Positions 1 through 6,954 of a stretch of DNA of 25,927 nt are shown in pieces. The notes beneath the pieces are model-generated. The model did no database searches and was not told the origin of the DNA. It was given only the letters and a program-made list of their open reading frames with translations. Position numbers and translations under genes: made by a program. Every line of letters starts with the position of its first letter. The first letter of the stretch is position 1. The stretch comes from a virus (Duplodnaviria > Caudoviricetes). The DNA is taken from IMG/VR virus record IMGVR_UViG_3300020258_000038, positions 1 to 25,927 of that record; one strand, 5' to 3'.

Positions 1-181
1 TCATACCCTCAGTAACATTACCTCTCCAATTAGAGTATTCTGGACTGTGTTTATCTCTAAGCGCAGTAAGTTCTTTTCTTTTATTATATTCTTGCAATAA
101 TTTTTTTTCTTTATTCTGCTCGCGTATTTCTTTAACACGAGACATGTCAATATGCTTTCTTGCCCTGGTGTATAGATTCAT
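1..181 (-). CDS. Hypothetical phage protein, N-terminal part (runs off the left edge of the window)
   Basis: Manual translation from ATG at 181: MNLYTRARKHIDMSRVKEIREQNKEKKLLQEYNKRKELTALRDKHSPEYSNWRGNVTEGM, open to the edge. The start overlaps the upstream stop (TGATG). Confidence 0.65.
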   Translation of the reverse strand, partial: MNLYTRARKHIDMSRVKEIREQNKEKKLLQEYNKRKELTALRDKHSPEYSNWRGNVTEGM

Positions 182-336
182 CAGTACCTAAACTGCTCAA
201 CGTAGTCTAATATCTTATTTAGGTATTGGTCTGCAAGGAACTTATATTCAGAGGGAGCATTCTCTTCCCTCAGTTCATCTTTAATTTTAAAAAGTTTTGA
301 TTGAATTTCATATCGAGTAATCTGTCCCCTCGGCAT
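181..336 (-). CDS. Small hypothetical cyanophage protein (51 aa)
   Basis: Manual translation MPRGQITRYEIQSKLFKIKDELREENAPSEYKFLADQYLNKILDYVEQFRY; fills the gap between neighbours and is coupled to the next gene. Confidence 0.7.
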   Translation of the reverse strand: MPRGQITRYEIQSKLFKIKDELREENAPSEYKFLADQYLNKILDYVEQFRY

Positions 337-592
337 CATCTAATTCCTTTGATATTTTTTCAAGTCTACCTGATCTTTTTTCCCAGGTATCCTTCTCACC
401 ATATATATGACCTCTTTTATGACTTGGATTGAGACAATCATGAAAGTCTTTCAATCCACACACAAGATTGCTTAAGGTTTCTTCATCACCTTTTTGTCCT
501 GTGTTCCAAAAGTGTTGTCCATTTAACCATATCGCCCCACATCTGGGGCACTCAACCCTTGAGAAGGATAAGTCTGATACTTCTTTGTTCAA
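308..592 (-). CDS. Hypothetical cyanophage protein with CxxC motif (possible Zn binding)
   Basis: 94 aa ORF with CPRC plus two further Cys (LVCG, DCLNP). Confidence 0.7.
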   Translation of the reverse strand: MNKEVSDLSFSRVECPRCGAIWLNGQHFWNTGQKGDEETLSNLVCGLKDFHDCLNPSHKRGHIYGEKDTWEKRSGRLEKISKELDDAEGTDYSI

Positions 593-652
593 TGGATTGC
601 ATGAGTAGAATATAAAGGTTATTTATGTTCAACAAGTTACAAATATAAATTG

Positions 653-659
653 CTAAATA
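653..659 (+). promoter_or_regulatory. T4-like late promoter (CTAAATA) for the plus-strand operon
   Basis: CTAAATA about 28 nt upstream of ATG 687; the same motif lies upstream of genes at 8728 and 22422. Confidence 0.55.
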
Positions 660-686
660 CACGCACGGTATCCTCCTCAAAAAAAT

Positions 687-1178
687 ATGAAAAGGTTTAT
701 TCCTTTAATTATGCTTTTGATGGCAGCACCTGCTAATGCAGGAGGTCTGGTCCATAAAATGAGTTCAAGTGTCCAATTGACTGTAGATTCCGCAAGAACC
801 ACTGCGACTAGACTGGGTTCTCAATACAGTGTATCTGGATCTAATGTGAACACAACTGATGGAACTACAGCAGGAACTATTTCTGCAGGAACCATCACTA
901 GTGGTGTTATGGCTCCTGGTACAATTTCTGCTACTCAAAAAACTGCTGGAGAAGCATTCTCCTTTAGTTCTTCTTATTTGCAAGGTGATGCAGTACCAAC
1001 TTCAGCAGCTGCTGTAGGTGCTGTTGGCAACTTCTCCAGTCAGACTTCTCATGCTGCTGGTTCTGCTGGTGATTTAGCAGGTTCAATTTCTACCACTGGT
1101 GCTATTTCAATTACAGCTGGTGGAGCTGGTTCTACTGCTGTTGGCCAATTTGTGTCGGAGATCACTGTTATAGATTGA
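687..1178 (+). CDS. Secreted Ala/Gly/Ser/Thr-rich hypothetical protein
   Basis: Signal-peptide-like N-terminus MKRFIPLIMLLMAAPANA; small-residue-rich mature chain that looks beta-rich. Confidence 0.8.
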   Translation: MKRFIPLIMLLMAAPANAGGLVHKMSSSVQLTVDSARTTATRLGSQYSVSGSNVNTTDGTTAGTISAGTITSGVMAPGTISATQKTAGEAFSFSSSYLQGDAVPTSAAAVGAVGNFSSQTSHAAGSAGDLAGSISTTGAISITAGGAGSTAVGQFVSEITVID

Positions 1179-1186
1179 GGTACATC

Positions 1187-1630
1187 ATGAAACATTTGTT
1201 TCTACTGACCTTACTAGTGGGATCTCCAGCAATGGCAGTTCCAGTAGTACCAAATTTTACACAGGGCTCCATGACAAGCCACACAGAGACAACATCAAAA
1301 CAGACTGAAACGATTAACTCTATAGACTATGCAACAGGATGGCAATACACAGTATCTGGGACAAATGTATCCAACAATGGAGCATCACTTTTACCTCCAA
1401 CAGTCACAAACAATGTGACAACAACCCCATTAGGAGGTATAGAAGGAACAGTGACAAGTTCAGCAAGTGGATTGAACTTGAACAATTCAAACTTTACAAT
1501 TACAAATCCAGGAGCAGCATTTCAATTCACCACAACCTACCAGGGTCCAGGGGTGACAAATCAAACTGTAATTCAAAGAGTGACAGAGGTTACAAGCGTA
1601 ACAGATACTACAAGTATCTTCACGCAATAG
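1187..1630 (+). CDS. Secreted Thr-rich hypothetical protein
   Basis: ATG 1187 preceded by GAGG (1177-1180); signal peptide MKHLFLLTLLVGSPAMA; Thr/Asn-rich mature chain. Confidence 0.8.
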   Translation: MKHLFLLTLLVGSPAMAVPVVPNFTQGSMTSHTETTSKQTETINSIDYATGWQYTVSGTNVSNNGASLLPPTVTNNVTTTPLGGIEGTVTSSASGLNLNNSNFTITNPGAAFQFTTTYQGPGVTNQTVIQRVTEVTSVTDTTSIFTQ

Positions 1631-2625
1631 CAGCACTAACTATTGCTTCACCTGTAAATGCTGCTGATGTTGGTGGTGTATCAGCAACAGCAAACCCAAT
1701 TGCAAATAGTTCTGGTTCAGTCACTAATCAGGCAATTCAAGTTTTACAGGGACCGTACATAACCAACGCATATGGGGGTGGGATCAGTTGTCAAGGTCCC
1801 ACTGCTAACTTTACCCCATACATTACTCATGCACGTAATGATAAGGATCCATTTGAAACCTTCTACATGGAACCTCAGTATGACAACAGAGATTTTGAAG
1901 GAAGATTAGTAGAAGTTCAAAAGAACGTTAAGAACTGGCCTTGGGAATCACATTATGATGATAGAACCTATACGAATGCAGAGGGTGAAACTGTAAGAGC
2001 ATATGAAGATGGTGCTGACATGACAATCACTGTCATGGAAATGCAAGGTGATGGTGTTCCTGATAATCCAGGAAGTCAACTCTGGCAGAAACCAGTAAGG
2101 ACTGGTATGACCAGAAACTATAGCACCAGTGTTGGTCTCTCTGCCACACTGTCTCTACCCCTTGATGGTGGATTACAAGAACGTTGTAAAGCAGCAGCAG
2201 ATACTCAGATTGCTTTACAAGGTCAAATGCTTGCCAATAAGCGCTTAGACTTTGAGCTAGCTCGTCTTAAGAATTGTGGAGAATTGATGAAGGCAGGAAT
2301 TCAATTTCACCCCAGAAGTCGTTATGCTGCTATTTGTTCTGATATCATAGTTCAGAATGTAAATGTGATTCAACAACACACTCACTCTATTCCACCTATT
2401 TCTTCAGTGGGCGAACAGAGCGCAGTGCCTTCACAGCCTGATTCCTCTGACGCTGCTCAGCAATCCTCTCAGCAGACGATTGTACCGGGATCTTCTTACC
2501 CCGTAAGGTTGCAATCTTCTTCATTACCTTCTTCACAGTCGGTTTCACAACCTTTAACAGAAGGTCAGCAAGAGGCTTTGCAAGCAACGCAGAACTTGTC
2601 GCTACCACAGCAATTGAGGCGGTAG
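1627..2625 (+). CDS. Secreted/envelope hypothetical protein (start uncertain; the ORF-track start at 1339 is probably wrong)
   Basis: Protein-like sequence begins near KYLHAIAALTIASPVNA-ADVGGVSATANP. No ATG/GTG/TTG lies in frame near there; ATA at 1627 overlaps the upstream TAG. Confidence 0.7.
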   Translation: MAALTIASPVNAADVGGVSATANPIANSSGSVTNQAIQVLQGPYITNAYGGGISCQGPTANFTPYITHARNDKDPFETFYMEPQYDNRDFEGRLVEVQKNVKNWPWESHYDDRTYTNAEGETVRAYEDGADMTITVMEMQGDGVPDNPGSQLWQKPVRTGMTRNYSTSVGLSATLSLPLDGGLQERCKAAADTQIALQGQMLANKRLDFELARLKNCGELMKAGIQFHPRSRYAAICSDIIVQNVNVIQQHTHSIPPISSVGEQSAVPSQPDSSDAAQQSSQQTIVPGSSYPVRLQSSSLPSSQSVSQPLTEGQQEALQATQNLSLPQQLRR

Positions 2626-3199
2626 TTGTTATCGTACCAGCTGAAGGTATGTTTTGTACAATTTGATCAGGAATTGATAACTTCTCAAACACAGGGATAC
2701 ATTCTTTTCCGACTGTTTCATATCTAATAATTTTTCTATTACCCTCTAGGATTTTTCCTACAGGGTCTTTTAATTGCTGTGCCCTGGTAGGACACTCAGG
2801 TAATGGTGCTTCTGTCTTTGGAACTGCTGGTGCTGGTGGTGCCTCAGGTGCTTCAGGTTTTGGTGGTGCTTTAATTGGTGGTGGAGGTGGTGCCTCTTGA
2901 GTGATATCTAATTTATTTGCATCATAATCTAAAGCATTATATGTAGGTGTCCCTGCATCACACAGAGTCATTGTTCCTTTATCATCCTCATCTCTGAGAC
3001 TCGTATTCTCATTACTATCCTTATGTGCAGTAACACACCCAGGAATATTCACAATAGGAATTCCTATCTGAGAAGTAACAGGAGGGTAGATTGGTATTGC
3101 TTGTGGTGGATCTGTTGTTAACCATCTGGGCATTTCAGGTATATCAACATCACCAATCCTAAGATTGTTCAATCTAATATCAGGAATTGGCATTAACAA
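2396..3199 (-). CDS. Hypothetical protein with Pro-rich linker and C-terminal hydrophobic/basic anchor
   Basis: 267 aa ORF with APPPPPIKAPPKPEAPEAPPAPAVP linker, hydrophobic ASIAVVATSSALLA and a Lys/Arg-rich tail. Confidence 0.8.
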   Translation of the reverse strand: MLMPIPDIRLNNLRIGDVDIPEMPRWLTTDPPQAIPIYPPVTSQIGIPIVNIPGCVTAHKDSNENTSLRDEDDKGTMTLCDAGTPTYNALDYDANKLDITQEAPPPPPIKAPPKPEAPEAPPAPAVPKTEAPLPECPTRAQQLKDPVGKILEGNRKIIRYETVGKECIPVFEKLSIPDQIVQNIPSAGTITTTASIAVVATSSALLAKPLADLLLKVVKPTVKKVMKKIATLRGKKIPVQSSAERIAEQRQRNQAVKALRSVRPLKK

Positions 3200-3768
3200 T
3201 CACTAATCATAGAATTTACAGTAGAACCTGCTGCAGAACCAAGATTTTGTCCAAGTAATAATGCCCAACCAGATGCTAACCATCCAACATATGGGATGTT
3301 TGATACTGCAGGGACAAGGACACCAGCAGCAATACTAGTTCCTGCCATTGCACCTTGTGACTGTGCTCCAGCGTCCGCCACTATGCACTCTACGTTTTTG
3401 GCACTTAACTTTCCCTCATCATCAATTGCACCTCCTATATTTCTGGTGCCTTCTCTAGTGTATTGATCACGTCTGTATTCTGTTCTTTGCTCTCTACCAC
3501 CACCAAAAACACCTCTTCTTTCCTTATCTAAATCAAGTGATCTTTCAGACTGTAATACTTTTGGATCATCAGAGCGATATTCAATTTCATATCCATCCTT
3601 ACCTGCTTTGATTTTGTAAGATGAATATGGACCTCTTGGAATATTGATTGTAGGCACAGTGGCTATGGTATCAGCAGGTCTCCTGATGACATATCCCAAT
3701 AAACCTATGTGTGCTATGCCAACAATGCTTAGAACACCTATGGCACCATACTTGATTGCTTTATTCAT
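3193..3768 (-). CDS. Hypothetical membrane protein with glycine-zipper-like C-terminus
   Basis: N-terminal TM segment; C-terminal GAMAGTSIAAG...GWLASGWALLLGQNLGSAAGS. Confidence 0.8.
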   Translation of the reverse strand: MNKAIKYGAIGVLSIVGIAHIGLLGYVIRRPADTIATVPTINIPRGPYSSYKIKAGKDGYEIEYRSDDPKVLQSERSLDLDKERRGVFGGGREQRTEYRRDQYTREGTRNIGGAIDDEGKLSAKNVECIVADAGAQSQGAMAGTSIAAGVLVPAVSNIPYVGWLASGWALLLGQNLGSAAGSTVNSMISDC

Positions 3769-4016
3769 TTTTTGAAGGGGATAGCAGAACCACCTAATCC
3801 ACTAATTCCACCAGTTGACGCAGGAAGTTCAGGCATTGATGAATCAACAATACCTGGAAGTGCATCAGCAACTCCCTGAGTGGCAGCTTTGATGATATTT
3901 GCTTTTGCACCTTCAATAATTGCTGCTCTATTCAAATAAACATAACCTGTTGCACCTACCAATGTGATAGACACAACACCAGAAAAAATTGAGATGACAT
4001 TAACAATTTTCTGCAT
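3765..4016 (-). CDS. Small membrane-anchored hypothetical protein
   Basis: 83 aa with N-terminal TM helix; ATGA overlap with the next gene. Confidence 0.75.
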   Translation of the reverse strand: MQKIVNVISIFSGVVSITLVGATGYVYLNRAAIIEGAKANIIKAATQGVADALPGIVDSSMPELPASTGGISGLGGSAIPFKK

Positions 4017-4051
4017 GATTTAAACTACTATAATAATGTATATAGTAGGTT

Positions 4052-4207
4052 TTATTTTTTCTTAGCTTTGTCTTTTGTTTTGTTATAGATGATTACTTCA
4101 GTTCCATCATGTGTGAAAACTAATTCATCATCATGGTCCCAACAAAGCTCTTCATAAAGAGCATTAAGTTTTTCCATGTCTTCATAAAGAGCATTGGGAT
4201 TGGTCAT
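4052..4207 (-). CDS. Small acidic hypothetical protein (51 aa)
   Basis: Manual translation [51 protein letters not shown]; start overlaps the petF stop (TGATG). Confidence 0.7.
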   Translation of the reverse strand: MTNPNALYEDMEKLNALYEELCWDHDDELVFTHDGTEVIIYNKTKDKAKKK

Positions 4208-4497
4208 CAGTAAAGTTCCTCTTCTTTTTCTGTTTCAATTACACAATCTGAGGTTGGATAACTGACACAAAGAAGTGCAAAACCTTCTGCAATCTGGTCA
4301 TCATCCAGGAAAGATTGATCTGACTGGTCAATTGTACCAGAAACTACCTTTCCTGCACAAGAAGAACAGGCACCAGCACGACATGAATATGGCATGTCAA
4401 TACCTTGTGCTTCTGCCTCATCTAAAATGTATTGGTCATCAGGGCAATCAATAGTGTGAGTGCCATCAGGTGTTTTGAGTGTAATAGAATAGGTCAT
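4207..4497 (-). CDS. petF: Plant-type [2Fe-2S] ferredoxin
   Basis: [15 protein letters not shown]...[13 protein letters not shown]...[11 protein letters not shown], the canonical cyanobacterial ferredoxin signature. Confidence 0.97.
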   Translation of the reverse strand: MTYSITLKTPDGTHTIDCPDDQYILDEAEAQGIDMPYSCRAGACSSCAGKVVSGTIDQSDQSFLDDDQIAEGFALLCVSYPTSDCVIETEKEEELY

Positions 4498-4503
4498 TTC
4501 TAG

Positions 4504-4827
4504 TTATTTTACGTGAATTGTGCCAACCATTCCTGCGCCTTGATGAGGACCACAGAAAAAGTCATAGTCACCAGCATCAGCAAATTTGATGTCTTGTGAC
4601 TCACCAGGATTAAACATAAGTGCTTCTCTAGAAAGATCAGCACGACCCTCTACAATAATATTGTGAGGAGGTAACATACCATTAACGAAATGGATAGTGT
4701 CACCTGCATCAATTGTAACATCAGATGGGTCAAAAATCAAGTTACCATTTGATCCCATAGTGATATCTACTGCCCAAGTTGGAGCAGCAAAAAGAAGAGT
4801 AGCAAGTAAAGCAAATAAAAATCTCAT
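4504..4827 (-). CDS. petE: Plastocyanin
   Basis: Signal peptide; PPHN copper ligand and C-terminal CGPHQGAGM cupredoxin motif. Confidence 0.95.
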   Translation of the reverse strand: MRFLFALLATLLFAAPTWAVDITMGSNGNLIFDPSDVTIDAGDTIHFVNGMLPPHNIIVEGRADLSREALMFNPGESQDIKFADAGDYDFFCGPHQGAGMVGTIHVK

Positions 4828-5033
4828 TGGATGTACCTCTCTATGACTTCTAGTTGATCATGATAATGTGCCATTTGACCTAATTCTTTTTCAATGGCTT
4901 CCATCACATCTGGATGCTCACCAATCCCAACAGGATTGTTGAGATAAACTTCTACATTCATTTTATGTTTAGCAATCTGACCCTTAGCATGTTGGATCAG
5001 TGCAGCAATCATTTTTTCTCTAATTGGATTCAT
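4824..5033 (-). CDS. Small hypothetical phage protein
   Basis: 69 aa (NVEVYLNNPVGIGEHPD) with ATGA overlaps at both ends. Confidence 0.8.
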   Translation of the reverse strand: MNPIREKMIAALIQHAKGQIAKHKMNVEVYLNNPVGIGEHPDVMEAIEKELGQMAHYHDQLEVIERYIQ

Positions 5034-5488
5034 ACTAATGTACCGTGTTGTCTTCTAATTTCTCTTAATTGTTCAAAGTCTTTTTGCTTGGTTCCTCCAT
5101 CATATTCCCAAGCATATCCCTCTATAATCATTTGCTCATTGAGGGACAATTCTGCGTCGCCAATATATAACCAGCCAAGAAGACGCCCATATTTCCCAAC
5201 CCCACCAACAAGTTCAGTCCTAACAGACAACTCATCATCACCAGATATAGCACCCTCCAACTTTCCTTTGAGCCAGTTGGTTGCATCTTTACCTAACTCC
5301 TTTTCTTCAAGGTCTCTGGTTCTTTTTTCTGGCGTATCAACTCCTGCAACTCTAACTCTTTCTTTCTTGTATAGGTCAAACCCAAGATCAATTGTGACAT
5401 CAATAGTATCACCATCAAGTACACGATTAATCTCCACTACTCTGAAGTTGTAGCAACTCTTCCTGCTGGGTGGCGTCATGGCTCCCAT
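5030..5488 (-). CDS. Staphylococcal nuclease (SNase/thermonuclease)-like endonuclease
   Basis: RVLDGDTI, RVRVAGVDTPE, KYGRLLGWLY and LNEQMIIEGYAWEY motifs; likely start MGAMTPP at 5488. Confidence 0.88.
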   Translation of the reverse strand: MGAMTPPSRKSCYNFRVVEINRVLDGDTIDVTIDLGFDLYKKERVRVAGVDTPEKRTRDLEEKELGKDATNWLKGKLEGAISGDDELSVRTELVGGVGKYGRLLGWLYIGDAELSLNEQMIIEGYAWEYDGGTKQKDFEQLREIRRQHGTLV

Positions 5489-5621
5489 GTGCTTCCCTCT
5501 CATCAATGCCTAATATATAGACAATTATGTATAGTGTAGCACACAAAAGTATGGCAATCATGACAATGACAGACCATACTGGATCATTGTGATTTTCAAG
5601 AGGACGTAAAAATAAATTCAT
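5427..5621 (-). CDS. Small membrane protein
   Basis: Single TM segment VWSVIVMIAILLCATLYIIVYILG; coupled start. Confidence 0.65.
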   Translation of the reverse strand: MNLFLRPLENHNDPVWSVIVMIAILLCATLYIIVYILGIDEREAHGSHDATQQEELLQLQSSGD

Positions 5622-5878
5622 AGGTTGAGTGCTGAATCAAATGCTTCTTTTGCAGACATAAACATAAAATGAACACCACCAGGATTCTGTTCATATATAT
5701 GCTCACCCATCACAAAACCTAAGGTGTCATCCTCTGGACCACAATCAGGTCTTAATCCAATTGGTTCTACAAAATAGATGCCTGCATGAGCAATGGTCTT
5801 CCAACCAATCTCAACAAACCCCAACTCTCTTAGAGCACATTCAAGTTTGAGTGAGTAACATGCTTCTTCTAATTTCAT
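5618..5878 (-). CDS. Hypothetical phage protein
   Basis: 86 aa ORF with ATGA overlaps on both sides. Confidence 0.7.
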   Translation of the reverse strand: MKLEEACYSLKLECALRELGFVEIGWKTIAHAGIYFVEPIGLRPDCGPEDDTLGFVMGEHIYEQNPGGVHFMFMSAKEAFDSALNL

Positions 5879-5958
5879 CCCCTATATTTCAAAGGCCAGG
5901 TAATATGAAGTATGTAACAAAGTAATGATATAAAACTGAAAACAAACAAAGCGCTCAT
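5875..5958 (-). CDS. Membrane microprotein (27 aa)
   Basis: MSALFVFSFISLLCYILHITWPLKYRG; ATGA overlaps at both ends. Confidence 0.6.
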   Translation of the reverse strand: MSALFVFSFISLLCYILHITWPLKYRG

Positions 5959-6116
5959 GGGTTTCTTCTATCAATTCCTAAAGAGTCTAAGTATTCTAAC
6001 CACCAGTCTTGGTCTTTTATATATCTCCAGTTTGGAACTTCTTGACCAAGTTCAACAACATAATACTGATAGAGAGCATCATCTATAATCTGTGCGACTT
6101 GTAAACTCCTCTTCAT
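5955..6116 (-). CDS. Small hypothetical protein (about 53 aa)
   Basis: MKRSLQVAQIIDDALYQYYVVELGQEVPNWRYIKDQDWWLEYLDSLGIDRRNP; start shortened from the ORF track. Confidence 0.6.
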   Translation of the reverse strand: MKRSLQVAQIIDDALYQYYVVELGQEVPNWRYIKDQDWWLEYLDSLGIDRRNP

Positions 6117-6288
6117 CCTCGTCAACGTCTGCATATGGGTTTTCCACATATGGTCCGTGTGGTTTTTTGGATTCTGCTCTGACATATCTTTGTTCATCAT
6201 TGATTGCTGAAATCCATAGACTTAGCTTCATAACAATCCAGATAATTCCAATTGGGAGAAAACAAGCAAGTAATATAAGAGGTTTCAT
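6079..6288 (-). CDS. Small membrane protein with acidic tail (69 aa)
   Basis: MKPLILLACFLPIGIIWIVMKLSLWIS...DVDEDEEEF; start overlaps the upstream stop. Confidence 0.65.
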   Translation of the reverse strand: MKPLILLACFLPIGIIWIVMKLSLWISAINDEQRYVRAESKKPHGPYVENPYADVDEDEEEFTSRTDYR

Positions 6289-6434
6289 TTGTCTTTCTTT
6301 CCAAATGGTTCCCAGTGCTCCCAACCATATTTATGAACTAGGTCCATTCCTATGATAGGAACAACTATTAGAATGTATGCTAAAAAACCCAATGCTGGTA
6401 GTGATTCCATCCAGTGGCGAACAAATAGTATCAT
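6285..6434 (-). CDS. Membrane microprotein (49 aa)
   Basis: MILFVRHWMESLPALGFLAYILIVVPIIGMDLVHKYGWEHWEPFGKKDK; ATGA overlaps at both ends. Confidence 0.65.
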   Translation of the reverse strand: MILFVRHWMESLPALGFLAYILIVVPIIGMDLVHKYGWEHWEPFGKKDK

Positions 6435-6595
6435 TCTGGTTCTCCTTTTATATCGCAGGTTAACTCACAGTCATCTCCTGTAAATTCAGAGTCTGGTATG
6501 AATGGATCAGAACCACATACAGCACTCCTACACCATCTAGATTGTAACACTTCTTGGGGAGCAACCGTGGATTCTTCCTTATCTTCCCCAGACAT
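6431..6595 (-). CDS. Small acidic four-Cys hypothetical protein
   Basis: MSGEDKEE...WCRSAVCGSDPF...DDCELTCD; start uncertain. Confidence 0.55.
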   Translation of the reverse strand: MSGEDKEESTVAPQEVLQSRWCRSAVCGSDPFIPDSEFTGDDCELTCDIKGEPE

Positions 6596-6782
6596 CCCAC
6601 CTGTCCTTAAAATAGAAGTTGACATCTACCAAAGTTCCAGTAGGTGTTGGTTCACTAGACTCTGCCCATTTGTGGCAAAATTTATGGATATCTAATGATC
6701 CAATAACTGCCCTTGGTCCATACATTCTGGAAAAGGCGCACATTGCAAATCCATATCTATGCTTGATTTCTTCTTGATCCAT
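6579..6782 (-). CDS. Hypothetical phage protein (67 aa)
   Basis: ORF preceded by GGAG-like RBS; lies in the coupled gene chain. Confidence 0.65.
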   Translation of the reverse strand: MDQEEIKHRYGFAMCAFSRMYGPRAVIGSLDIHKFCHKWAESSEPTPTGTLVDVNFYFKDRWDVWGR

Positions 6783-6954
6783 CTGCTAATTCCCTCCTTT
6801 TACAGGTGGTCTCTTCAAATAAGACAGGGTGTGCTGTCCCATTACCATCATAGGCATCTGATTCATAATAGACATTTTCACCTTTGATGAAACCAAAACA
6901 AAGGGTGATTAATACAAAAGGAATTGATATCCAAAGAAGAACTTCACCTAACAT
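6757..6954 (-). CDS. ndhP: NDH-1L subunit NdhP-like protein with C-terminal extension
   Basis: MLGEVLLWISIPFVLITLCFGFIKGENVYYESDAYDGNGTAH fits the NdhP pattern (TM helix, FG...YxxDxYxGNGxAH); GGAGG RBS upstream of ATG 6954. Confidence 0.78.
   Translation of the reverse strand: MLGEVLLWISIPFVLITLCFGFIKGENVYYESDAYDGNGTAHPVLFEETTCKRRELADGSRRNQA

Noticed and set aside
1339-1610. N-terminal ~90 aa of the 428-aa ORF as real protein
   Set aside because: It is an alternate-frame reading of the Thr-rich gene 1187-1630 and does not look protein-like; kept only as a frameshift possibility.
4149-4195. 17-bp direct repeat TCTTCATAAAGAGCATT at 30-nt spacing as CRISPR or operator
   Set aside because: Only two copies, in frame, encoding NALYE twice within a small gene.
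4914-5453. 179-aa plus-strand ORF
   Set aside because: Antisense shadow of the SNase-like gene; Ser/Pro-rich, no motif.
6431-6625. Acidic Cys-containing protein near gnd as CP12
   Set aside because: Lacks the CP12 C-terminal motif (YCxxNPxxxECxxY/FD).
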